Below are positions 52,320-64,000 of a DNA stretch of 64,000 nt, one piece after another; the first letter of the stretch is position 1; each line of letters opens with the position of its first letter. Position numbers and translations under genes: made by a program. Source of the stretch: the human T2T-CHM13v2.0 reference genome, Homo sapiens. The notes under the pieces are model-generated. The model did no database searches, had not been told where the DNA came from, and saw nothing but the letters and a program-made list of their open reading frames with translations. The DNA lies in NCBI RefSeq assembly GCF_009914755.1, contig NC_060928.1; one strand, written 5' to 3'.

Positions 52320-53250
52320 AATTTAAATACAAGTTGTGCATTATAAGAAACCAGGATGCTCTGAGAGGAGATAATGGGGAGATCCACCATGACTGGGGTC
52401 AGGGAAAGTCCGTCCTGAAAACTTCACACAGAAAGTGGAGGTGAGGAGCTCAGGAACACAGGGTGGGGAGGAGAGATTCTGAGCACAGAGGACAGACAGC
52501 ACAAGCAAAGAGTAGAAAACAGTCACAGAATTGAAAAGACACCTGGGTGCCCAAGGCATAGTAAGGGAGGGGCACGTGGGATTCAGCTGAAGATGTAAGT
52601 CAATCGGGTGGGGGTCAGTCCTGTCCAACCCATGGCCCGTGGGCCGCATGCCACCCAAGATGGCTTTGAATGCAGCCCGACACAAATTCATAAACTTTCT
52701 GAAAACATTATGAGAATTCTTTGCGATTTTTCTTTCTTTGGCTCATCAGCTATCGTTACTGTTAGTGTATTTTATGTGTGGCCCAAGGAAATTCCTCTTC
52801 TTTCATTGTGGCCCAGGGAAGCCAGAAGATTGGACACCTCTCATGTAAGTAGCAGCCGGAAACTGAAGAACCTCATGTGTCTCATCAAGGGCTTGTAGTT
52901 TAATCTTACCTGAAACTGGAAAACATTGAGGGCTTTACAAAATAGAGAAAACAATTAGATTTACTTTATACAAGATCATTTGAATGGAGAGAGGAAATGG
53001 CAAGATCAATTGAGAAGCTATTGTTATAGGTGAGGAAAAAGTTGGAGGTGGCTTACGGTGGAGACAGGCAGCGCAAAGAGAACAGGATGCACCAGCAATG
53101 GATTTTAGAAGCATAACTGATAGGACTGGGGGAAGTGTGGTGTGTAGGGGGCAATGGAGAAGGTGATGTCCGGGAGATCCCTAGCGTGCTGGAGGTGATG
53201 TCTACTGAGATGGAGTAGAAACAGATTTAGGATCAAGATTAAGAATTCAG
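52320..53250 (-). mobile_element. L2 LINE fragments (interrupted by MER30)
   Basis: Purine-rich antisense L2 text: ggggtcagggaaag, aagatcatt, gaagctattg, actgataggactggg, tactgagatgg. Confidence 0.6.
52616..52841 (-). mobile_element. MER30 hAT-Charlie MITE
   Basis: tgtccaaccc..ggcccgtgggccgcatg..gctcatcagctatcgtta..gtggcccagggaagccagaagattggacacc. Confidence 0.85.
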
Positions 53251-53256
53251 ATGTGC

Positions 53257-53540
53257 GGCTGGGAGAGATGGCTCAAGCCACTTTGGGAGGCTGACGCAGG
53301 CGGATTATCTGAGGTCAAGAGTTCGAGACCAGCCTGGCTAACATGGTGAAACCCCGACTCTACTAAAAATGCAAAAATCACTGGATGTGGTGTCGTGCAC
53401 CTGTAATCTCAGCTACTGGGGAGGGTGAGGCAGGAGAATTGCTTAAATCTGGGAGGTGGAGGTTGCGGTGAGCAGAGATCACACCACTGTACTCCAGCCT
53501 GGGTGACAGAGCAAGACTCTGTCTCAAAAAAAAAAAAAAA
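53257..53540 (+). mobile_element. Alu SINE (small 5' deletion)
   Basis: Dimer; aagaa(t/a)tcagatgtg TSD. Confidence 0.9.
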
Positions 53541-55414
53541 GAAATCAGATGTGTGAGCTCCAAGAAGACATTTAATCATACTGAATATCTGGATACTTAT
53601 TTGTCAATTTAAAACCCACACTTAATTTACAGATAGATAGATACATCTAGATAGATCTTATATACACATAGATAGGTCTTTTATAGTAGATCCTATGTAT
53701 ATTTTATAGTGGATCTTTTATATGTATCGATATAGATCATATATATCTGTTGCTATTTGTCTAAAGCAGGAGAAATCTGAAGACTAAGCTCATATGTGCT
53801 GATTTTATCTTGAGGTATTGACATAAACAACCGGAATGAATGCAAATAAAGTCCACAATGCTTCTGGAATGTTCTATAAAGGCAGATCTACATCTGCAGA
53901 ATAATATGCTTATGTTAGTCAGCAGAGCTTTAATTATTTAATTGTCTTACCACACTAGCCCAAGAAAGATTTTAAGCCTAAGCCTTTAAAATAAAAATAA
54001 TTTACAGATGCTATAGAGAGAGAAGTAAAGTCGTCCACTATTGATCCTGTGTCCTTGATCTGCCTTACCCTCATGATCATAAAATAGAAAGTACATAAAT
54101 TAAGGTTTTCAAATAAATATTCATGGCATGGTGATGTCTAGGCAAATTTCTTTGAGTAGAAAAGCTACATGCTGGCTTCCTCTAAAATACTGAGAGGCTA
54201 TGGTCACGAGCTGGAGGGAGGCAGTCCTCCTGTAGGTGATCAGTGATTTTTTTAATGCTACAGACTTGGACACCATTTTCATTTTGGTTGTAAGGATTTT
54301 CATTTTTCCTCTGTGTTTTACATATTTTCTCTCGTTTCTACACCCTAGATACCAGACTGAAAGCTGTGAGCAAATGAGAACTCTAAAGTTCTACCTTTCA
54401 CTGTCACACACCATTTCTGTAGCCTAATCAAAATGCGGCATCTTTTTCCTAAGGCAATGCCATATTTTTCTCTCATCATGACACTTAATTTAAAGGTGGC
54501 AGACTGGAAGATGCAGTGTCCTGTGACAAATTTGTAAGCCGTGAATTGATCCCTGCTCCACACACAGCAATATCCAAGCATGGTCTCTGGCAACTTACCA
54601 TAAATCATCTTTTACTTCTTTGCTCTTAGACTTTCTGAGAGCTGAATGGCAATGCGGAGACAGATGGGGGTCAGCTCTTCACTGTCATCCATAGCTGCTG
54701 GTAATTTACGGGCGATATAGAACACCTGTGAGTTATGGTGTCTTTTGTTTGCCTGAGTTGTCCTTTGCTGAGGACTGCAATGCCTACATCATAATGTTTG
54801 AGTGTTTACTATCATATACTACAAAAAAATACCTAAGTCATAGAAGCATGGCATTATACCCATGAGCTTTAAGGTTTATCCAATCAAAAAGCCATTTCTC
54901 TTTGGGCTTGATACCCTGCGTCTGATGTACAAGGATGCTGGAGGAATACGAATGCCAGTAAGCCACATAGAGCTACAGCAAGCTCTTCATTTCATGGTCA
55001 TTAAGAGAGCTGAGAGGGACTTCATTATAGCAGGTCTTCGACAGATGAAATGGTTCTGCCTGTTCCCCGGCTCTCCACAAACAACCGCAGGAGGAACTGT
55101 GCCCACGTTGTTATGAAAATGCACTTTATAAAAAGTAAACATAAGCACCATATTAAGAGGAATGGAAGAAATAAGTACCTTGCTGTTTGGAAAATCTCAA
55201 GTGCGAGTTTATTCCTATTAGATCCTTTTAATTTGTGGAAGAAAGTACAGTCTTAATTGCATGAACATTATTATCATTAATTAATATTAATCAACCAGAT
55301 ATACTCTCCCAATTTTTCAAGTATTTTCTGCACTCTTTATAATCATTGATGTTTATCACTGGCCTAAGAAGTGAAACACAAACCTGCAACATCAATTAAG
55401 AGATGATGGATTAT

Positions 55415-55810
<396 letters not shown>

Positions 55811-56243
55811 TTAACACCGGTCTAATGATCCCCACCTGGCAAGCATAGGCAAGTCTTCATTTTCACTTTTAATTTACCTGGCACATACATTCACTTATCA
55901 TACTGTGAGATAATCATAGGTTTATACATCTGTACTTCTATTGATATAAGTTCTGAAATAATTAAGAACATTAGAGATGGGGTGGTGATTTTTAAAAAAA
56001 ATTAGCATTCAAAACTAATTCTAGACTAGTTCTCATATATTAGGCATTCACCTTTTAAACAAATAAAGGAACAGATAAATAAATGGAAATGGAAAAAAGA
56101 AATAGGGTAACAGAAATACATAGTTCAGGGGCCAAGGTGTAGGTCTATGAATATAAAATCAGTGTTTTCACAGTTTCGTATAATTTAATAAATTTGAAAT
56201 AGAAACCACATAGGGTGCTACATGAACTTTTAAAATTAAATGT

Positions 56244-56609
56244 ACAGTCTCTGATTTGCAATGGTTTGATTGAGGATTTTTCAACTTTGCAATGGTGCTT
56301 AAGTGACAGGCATTGAATAGAAACCATACTGCGACCATTCTGTTTTTCACTTTCAGTAGGGTCATTAGTAAGTTATATGAGATATTCAGCCCTTTATTTA
56401 CACAAAATAGGCTTTGTGTCAGAGGATTTTGCCCAACTGTAGGCCACTGTAAATGCTCTGACCATATCTAAGGTGGGCTAGGCATGGTTGTGATGTTCTG
56501 TATGGTAGGTGTATTCGTGCACTTTCCACTTAGGTTATTTTCAACTTAGGATGGGTTTAATGGGGAGCAGGGGGTGCACACAACTCCATTGTAAGTTGAG
56601 GAGAATCTG
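56244..56609 (-). mobile_element. MER47A-like Tigger MITE
   Basis: ccattctgtttttcactttcagta, aaaataggctttgtg..ttttgcccaactgtagg, tattttcaactt..gatgggttta, gtaagttgaggag.atctg. Confidence 0.85.
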
Positions 56610-57519
56610 TGTTCTGTTTTCAAAATCCATATGTTAAAAATGATTGATGTCAAATAGGCTTCCAAAACATACTCTAAAATAGGCAAATCCGCTGAAGTAT
56701 GGAAAGAGCACGACACAGTTTTACTGCACATTCCCCTGGAAACCTTTGTCTGAAATTTTCCAAATATTCAAAATAAGGTATTATAAGTTCTCTGGAGAGG
56801 GATTTATTTTTAGGAAAAGGCTGTCATTGCTTGTGGAGTCCATATTCATAAGTGGTTTTTGTATTTGGTATTAATTCCTCTATACTATAAGACCCAGAAA
56901 GACATGTTCTGTAGGGTAAGTATACTAACTCTGATACGGTTTCTTTCAACAGATTGTTATCAATAATTAAAATGGCAACAATAACTACAGAAAAATCAGA
57001 TATGAATAGACTCTATGTCTTCTAGTCTTTATCACAATAACCTGATATTTTAATCCTGTTAAGTACTATATTATTCCAGAGTATACAAAGAGAAACAGTG
57101 GCGGTGTGTAGGCGGGATAGATTAGGCTGGTATAAACTCTTTTCATATAAATGTATGCATTGACGTGCAGGCATTGTGATGCTTCCTAAGTCAATTCAAT
57201 TAAAGTCATAAAAACTTCACAAAGCTGACCACACCTGTCAAAAAAATGTCAACGCTCATCAGCCTTCTATTTCTTCTTCTTTTTTTTTTTTTTCTAGCCT
57301 AATTCAGGCCACTCCCCATTTTAGGAATTTCTAGATTGCAAGACTTAAACTTAATGATTTCACTGAACTTTGCCTATTATAGTACATTTTCCTTCTTTGT
57401 GTCAGAAAGGCATATAATTGTGAGAAATGTGATTTAGAATAAGGGAGAGCAGTGATTTTTAATAAAAAATAACATGATCGATTCCACAAAATACAACACC
57501 ATTTCAGAGAGCTTGAAGG

Positions 57520-57910
57520 TATAATAAAATTCTAGAGTGAATAATTATATAACGGCTTATGAGCTTTCACAAAGCAAATGGTAATCAGGCTAAGATAAAT
57601 TAACTAAGATTAAGAAATACCAGATTATTAACTACTTTTTAAAATAGTCTTTTTAGACAGGAAGATTTGGAAAATGCTATCAACACGTCATATATGAATT
57701 TCAATAAAAAATGTGACAAAGACATTCTGGGGAGTATTTTGGGCAAGCTAGTGACTTGTAGATTGTATAGTCACCCACGTGAATTTGTAATTGACTGAAG
57801 GCCTTCTTTCACAGATGCTGCTGCTGGTTCATGGCTGTCCTGGACAGACGCCTGCAGAGTGTGCTCAGGCCCATGTGTTCAGCCCTGCCGTGCTCACTAT
57901 TTCATGGACT
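57520..57910 (+). mobile_element. Ancient CR1/L3 LINE reverse-transcriptase relic
   Basis: Degenerate peptides in RT order: KILE*II, then NAINTSYMNFNKKCDK (cf. VD.iYLDFSKAFDK), then gagtgtgctcaggcccatgtgttcagccctg (cf. GVPQGSVLGP). Confidence 0.55.
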
Positions 57911-58009
57911 GGTGATCGAAAAAAGAGATGGAGCCACTCTAATGAGATAAAACAATAGGAACTGTATAGAAACAGAGCTGGGTAGATGGAGTGTAAGAGT
58001 GGTACATGT

Positions 58010-58524
<515 letters not shown>

Positions 58525-60769
58525 TTATATTTACAGATTGTCCTTTTCTTTTTTTAAAAAAAACACTCATTTAAGGATAAGCAATCTGTTTGCTTGAACT
58601 GGCAGTGTTGTAGAAAGGTTCCAGTAAAGAGCGTTTTCCTCCAGTGGAGCTGACTTTGTGCTCAGTCTTTACACCACGAAAGTAAGGGTCATGTGGTTGT
58701 GGTATCTGGGGAAAGAGAAAAATGTCAAATTCAGACATAGCTCCGTAACTTGAACGTAACTTCCTCTTTTAAAAATTATTTTTAATATAACATAGTTTTC
58801 TGTAAAATAAAGTAAAAATATTAATAATAGTGGATTTAATGTCGAGCAGGATACATAATTTACACTATCTACAATACTTACCCACTGATAAACTCCACAC
58901 GATTACAACTGATTCATGAAAATGAATAAATAAACAATTCAGCTCAGTTGAGTTAGAAACATTTCCAAAATTAAATGGAAGGCAAGTGTTATAAGCAAAC
59001 AAAAAGTGTTACATGAAAGTGAGGATAAATCTTTTGCAGTAAATTATTAATAGATACCCATTTTTTATTTTGAAGATTGAAATACTACCACATTTTAAAT
59101 ATAGTAAGTTCAAGCACAATTTAATGAGGAATAGTCAATAATATTCAATATAACTATAAAACCAGTGATGTATAATAACTGGTACATAAAATTCTAATAC
59201 AGAGTGTTAATTTTTTTGGTAAAATATAGTTAAACAACAATCATATTAAATCAGATTGGCATTACCTACAGTGCCAATTCTTTCCTGAGTTAGAGGTTAA
59301 ATAAACATGTGATTGAGAATTTCAAGTTGAATCTAAGGACAAGAAGTTAGTCTCGCCCAGTTGTGTTGACACAATCTGGCCAGGTGGGCTGGCTGGAACT
59401 GGATTTGACAAAAAGTAGTGGGGACTGCTCCAAACCTCCGTGTATGCAGCAAAAGGTTAAAAATGCGTTTCAAACATTTCTGCTGAATAAAGTTAGAAAC
59501 GAGCATACTGTGTCTCGAAGTCGACATTTCCATGAAGATGAAGGAGGCATTGAGTGCCTGTCCGCGTGCCTCCATGGCCAGTGCATTGAAAGGAAAGTTA
59601 CACCTTTGAAGGGAGCTGGTGGACCTTTGGCTGATTATAGAATACAATCATGGCGACTCACAGAGCCACATAAATTAAAATAGGAACTGCCTGGATGGTT
59701 GTTTAAAACCTCCAGAAAAATACCTCAAAGGCGAGATGTTAAATGCTTGAATCAGACATCTCTTGTTATAAGTGAAATCTCTGTTCCTGCTACATTTTAG
59801 TAACATTATTGTAGGAATTTGGTTAAGTGTGGATGCAAAGGACAGTTGTATCGTTAAACAGGGCTAACTACAGTTGCAATATTTTAGACAAAGGATCACG
59901 TAGAATCAGAACCTGGATTTTTACATACTGTGGCCTTATCTGCAGTCCATCTTTGTGTTTGCTTGCTTAGCTTTCACAGAAGTAAACTACATTTCTAATA
60001 AGGGCTCATAAATTTGATCATAAATGTATTTTCTTTAAGAACTTCGAGACTTTCATTGGCAATTGATTATTTATTTTTCGCTGATCTTATGGCCACACTT
60101 ATTTAGGTGACATTCTTTAACCTGATTTGTGAATTTAAACTTGGCAATTAAAAAGCGGAAAACAAAACACAACTTTGCATTAGATTGGGTGTAGTGAAGT
60201 CTGTGGGTTAGCCCATATGTAACTTTACCTTTCACACTGAATTTATGTTTCTATTTCTGAATAATTCAGTAAATCTATATAAATTATGTAAATGACCAAT
60301 ACCTGAAACACAAGCTAAACCTACACAATAGATAGTCACACACACATATATACATCTGAAATGTAATGAATAATTCAAAATTTGAATTGTAAAAAGCATT
60401 ACAGAATAAATTTCAATGACAAGAGATTTGATCGACACAGCAAAATAGGTCACCACAGTCAAAAGTTTGCCCCCATTTAATGCTGGTGCCTGAGCCGTCC
60501 TAACTGGTCCGTGAAAACTTCGACAGAAGACCATGCTTCTTTTTATTTGCTTTGAGCAGTGCGTATATACCTGTCTTGTACTTTTTACGGACAGTTTCAG
60601 TTAGAACCACTTTGATACAAGAATACTACTGAACATTTACATTTTTAGCAGAGGTGCTTTCTTTTCTTCAACCAGCAACAGGCATAGCTGCTGCAATGGT
60701 TCTCTCTCCAAGGTAGCTGGAGCTGGCGCTTCCAGGAGGGTGGGGATCAAAGCTGCGAAGAGAAACCTA

Positions 60770-61177
<408 letters not shown>

Positions 61178-61382
61178 TTAGAAGGGGCTAATTTATGTCT
61201 ATTCAGGGTAGGCACAGAAGTTTTTTGGTAAGGTGCATTACTTCTGGCAGAGCTGTATATTGTAAAGTAGACAGAGGATAATGTGCTGTGTGAAGAATAA
61301 GGTTTCCCAGTGGTCATGGTAGAAAATAATATAACAAGTAAATGAATGTTATCTTCAGGTTGAAGGAAATTTTTCATATGGC

Positions 61383-61484
61383 TTTTTTTTTTTTTTGAGA
61401 GAGAGAGAAGGGAGCCTTGTTATCTTTCCCATGCTTCAGCCTCCTGAGTAATTGGGATTACAGTCACCAGCCACCGTGCCCGGC
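61383..61484 (-). mobile_element. Heavily deleted Alu/FLAM remnant
   Basis: poly-T..gaga, cagcctcctgagtaattgggattacag..gccaccgtgcccggc; atg(g/a)cttttt flanks. Confidence 0.7.
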
Positions 61485-61939
61485 TGAATGACTTTTTAAA
61501 AGTTTTCCATTTAGATCACCATATTATTTATACAGTGTTGGGATGTTCAAGTAAATTATCTCTTTGCCTTTTCTTTTTTTTTTTTCCAATGAGATAAACT
61601 TAACAATGCAGAGCAGGATTTCTTTAGTCTTGGTGGCTTACCCTAAATCATATTGCAAATGAGGTGCATTTAGTTTGTCTTCAGCATAGCATGTTTACCA
61701 CCTGAGAATGATAATGAAGCAGCAAATAGTTACTATCTACTGAGGGTGCAATACACTGACTATGCCATGTGTTGAGTTCATTCATTCCTCCTGACCCATG
61801 GAGGGGTAGAACATTTCAGTAACTTAGACTGTAGGATTCGAGGTCTTTAACATTAAAGTCATTGCTCCAAACTCCTATATTAATAATTGCAAATTGCTTA
61901 TTCACACAATGATTTACAATTATTAATATTCTTTGTTCC

Positions 61940-62232
61940 TTTGCTTTTCCCGCAAATACTTATCAAGCATCTTTTCTATGGCAGGCACTGTTTTTTAGGG
62001 CACAAACATTGCCCAAAGTCTTTCCCCTTGTTTTGTGTATGTTCTAAGGGGGAAACAGACAATACAATATGTATAATGAAGAAGCAAACAATAATAAGAC
62101 ACAAGGTCAAATACTGTTGGTAGTAGCGCAGCTGTGAGGCAGATATACAGTATAGCGGATATATAATATAGCAGTTTGCTATATTAAATAGGATTATTTA
62201 GGAAGGTGACATTTGAGCAAAGGCTTGAAAGC
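61940..62232 (-). mobile_element. L2 LINE 3' fragment
   Basis: caaatacttatcaagcatcttttctatggcaggcactgtt, ggaaggtgacatttgagcaaaggcttgaa. Confidence 0.65.
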
Positions 62233-63320
62233 CACAGACACTCTTCATGATGCTAGAACAAGATTGAAAACAACCCCTTCCTTCCTGTCAACTTACCTAT
62301 CCCCAGGCTGCTATGGGTATTGGAGGACATGCTACCATTGCCATACTCCTGGGACGCAGTGACAGGATAATAGATGTTGAAGTGGTGGCTCTTTACCCAA
62401 ACAGAGCATTTACATTTAGAGACCAGGGGCTAGATATGTCAGGCAATATTCCCTATGGTCTGTCTGACTGTGCGGTCCTGCTGTTATTGGGGTAGGCTAG
62501 TTCCTTGGTGTTCATGTTGCATTTTCCTCTCTTCCGAATGCAGTATCAGTGCCTTATTCCTCTTTATATACCCATGTCACCACTTCCACAAGCCCAGTAT
62601 TTATGCCAATGCATTGCAGAAAAGTACTAAGTAAATTTTTAGATATTGCAAAAATGTTTTTTATTTTCAAGATACATCTTTTTACAAACGTAATACTTTT
62701 AGTGAAAATTACTTACGAATGGCAACAAGAAGAATCAAATTGTACTGGCAAACATAAAATGCTTTAGTTTAATCAGACATTTGCTAGTGTTGTCTTGTTT
62801 TCTGGTGCCAAGAAGAAACCCTTAACATGCAAGAGAAAGTGAAAAAGTCTAGGGGCTGAGACCATGTGAACAAACGTCTTTCTGTCCTCTTTATGGTGAA
62901 TTAAACTTTGCTCCTCTGACAGGCCAAATACAACTAATTCCATATTGGGCTGCTTTTTCCTATGGTAAAGCATGAAAAATCTATCCATGAATCTATGTAT
63001 AGTTATAAGTTAATTCAGGCACATTGTTGCCTTAGAATGATGAAATACATGCTTACGGAAAGCAATCTATTGGTTGAGACTAGGAAAATGCTGGCTGGAG
63101 CCCATGCTGTCTGTTGGAAACGGAGCTGTGGAAATTGCCAGCTCTAAATGAGATAGGAAATTTGTTGATTGGTTTGTTGGATTTCTTTTTCTCCATTATT
63201 TTCCAAAAGAAGAAGCAGGCATGAATTCTGGCAATTTTCTATTTTTCCCTTGCTTCCCAGATTTAGCTCACTGATTGCATAATTTTCTTACTGCTCATTT
63301 TTCAGGAAAGTCCATAGGCA

Positions 63321-63368
63321 TTAGCCACTGCCTTTTGATGCCAGTATGCATCAGAAGGCAGTGGCTAA
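63321..63368. other. Inverted repeat/hairpin, 21-bp stem, 6-nt loop
   Basis: ttagccactgccttttgatgc-cagtat-gcatcagaaggcagtggctaa; 20/21 Watson-Crick pairs plus one T:G. Confidence 0.9.
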
Positions 63369-64000
63369 CAGGGAGTGTGTGTCATTTCCCCGGGGGCCAA
63401 TCAGCTCAACTCAGTCACATGGTAAGTCAGTTGAAAGGAGGCAGTGGGAATCATAGATATGGGTGATATTTTTTTTTCCTTCCCATGGTGCTCAGAGGGC
63501 ACAAAGGAATTCTAAACAACCATCTTATTAGTTATAAAAAATTTTTCACCTCTGCAGACCTTCACACTACACTTCAATGACACTATTAATTTCTCTTAAT
63601 TGAACAGGTGCAAACCTTTATCCTGTTTTATATTAATAAACAGGTTTGAAACCTCTTTGTTTCAAATATACCATTTAAAAATTAGTGCTAATGTTTAGTT
63701 ATGATGGTCTCTGCTGTAACACATTCATGCATCAAGCAATTAGTCATTTCCTAGTGTGCACACTGTATTGTTTTAACCTCCAAAGAAGAATCCAGATTTG
63801 CTCCCAAATCTAGAAACATGGTCAGATGCACCACTTGATGATGAATACAAAATCTTGACAATTCAATTTTGGTAAACAGTAAAGAATGTGTATATGCCAC
63901 ACCTATGGAACATATCAAGTAAGCTGACATCAAGGAGCACACAGCTAATATCCGAGCACTTAACAATGAACACTTTCTAGTGACATTTCTAGGAAATCAT

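Noticed and set aside
53630-53750. Short palindromes in TAGA/TA-rich tract
   Set aside because: Low-complexity sequence; self-complementarity is expected.
59333-59683. Antiparallel 104/106-aa ORFs
   Set aside because: No recognisable motif or splice context; chance-level length.

Overview
Primate (human-like) non-coding genomic DNA, intronic or intergenic. No protein-coding gene or canonical RNA gene can be supported. The window is dominated by interspersed repeats: about 40 Alu elements or fragments (many with readable target-site duplications, TSDs), a 5'-truncated L1PA, old L1M/L2/CR1/MIR relics, MaLR (MLT1) and ERV1-type solo LTRs, and Tigger/hAT DNA-transposon fossils. Nearly all ORFs in the supplied track are Alu-, L1- or tandem-repeat-derived. 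The most unusual part is a tandem-repeat cluster at 36.0-38.3 kb: a near-perfect 14 x 50-bp C-rich minisatellite, then, 1 kb away, a 157-triplet CAG/CAC/CCC array with higher-order structure that is open in all six frames. Also notable are an orphan CpG island (49.8-50.6 kb), a 21-bp-stem hairpin inside an exon-like segment (63.3 kb), a 4 x 41-bp tandem array inside a Tigger3 fossil, and several chimeric or trimeric Alus. Repeat family names come from recalled consensus sequences rather than a database search, and boundaries of old repeats are approximate. I could not identify the locus and found no convincing novel multi-gene system.
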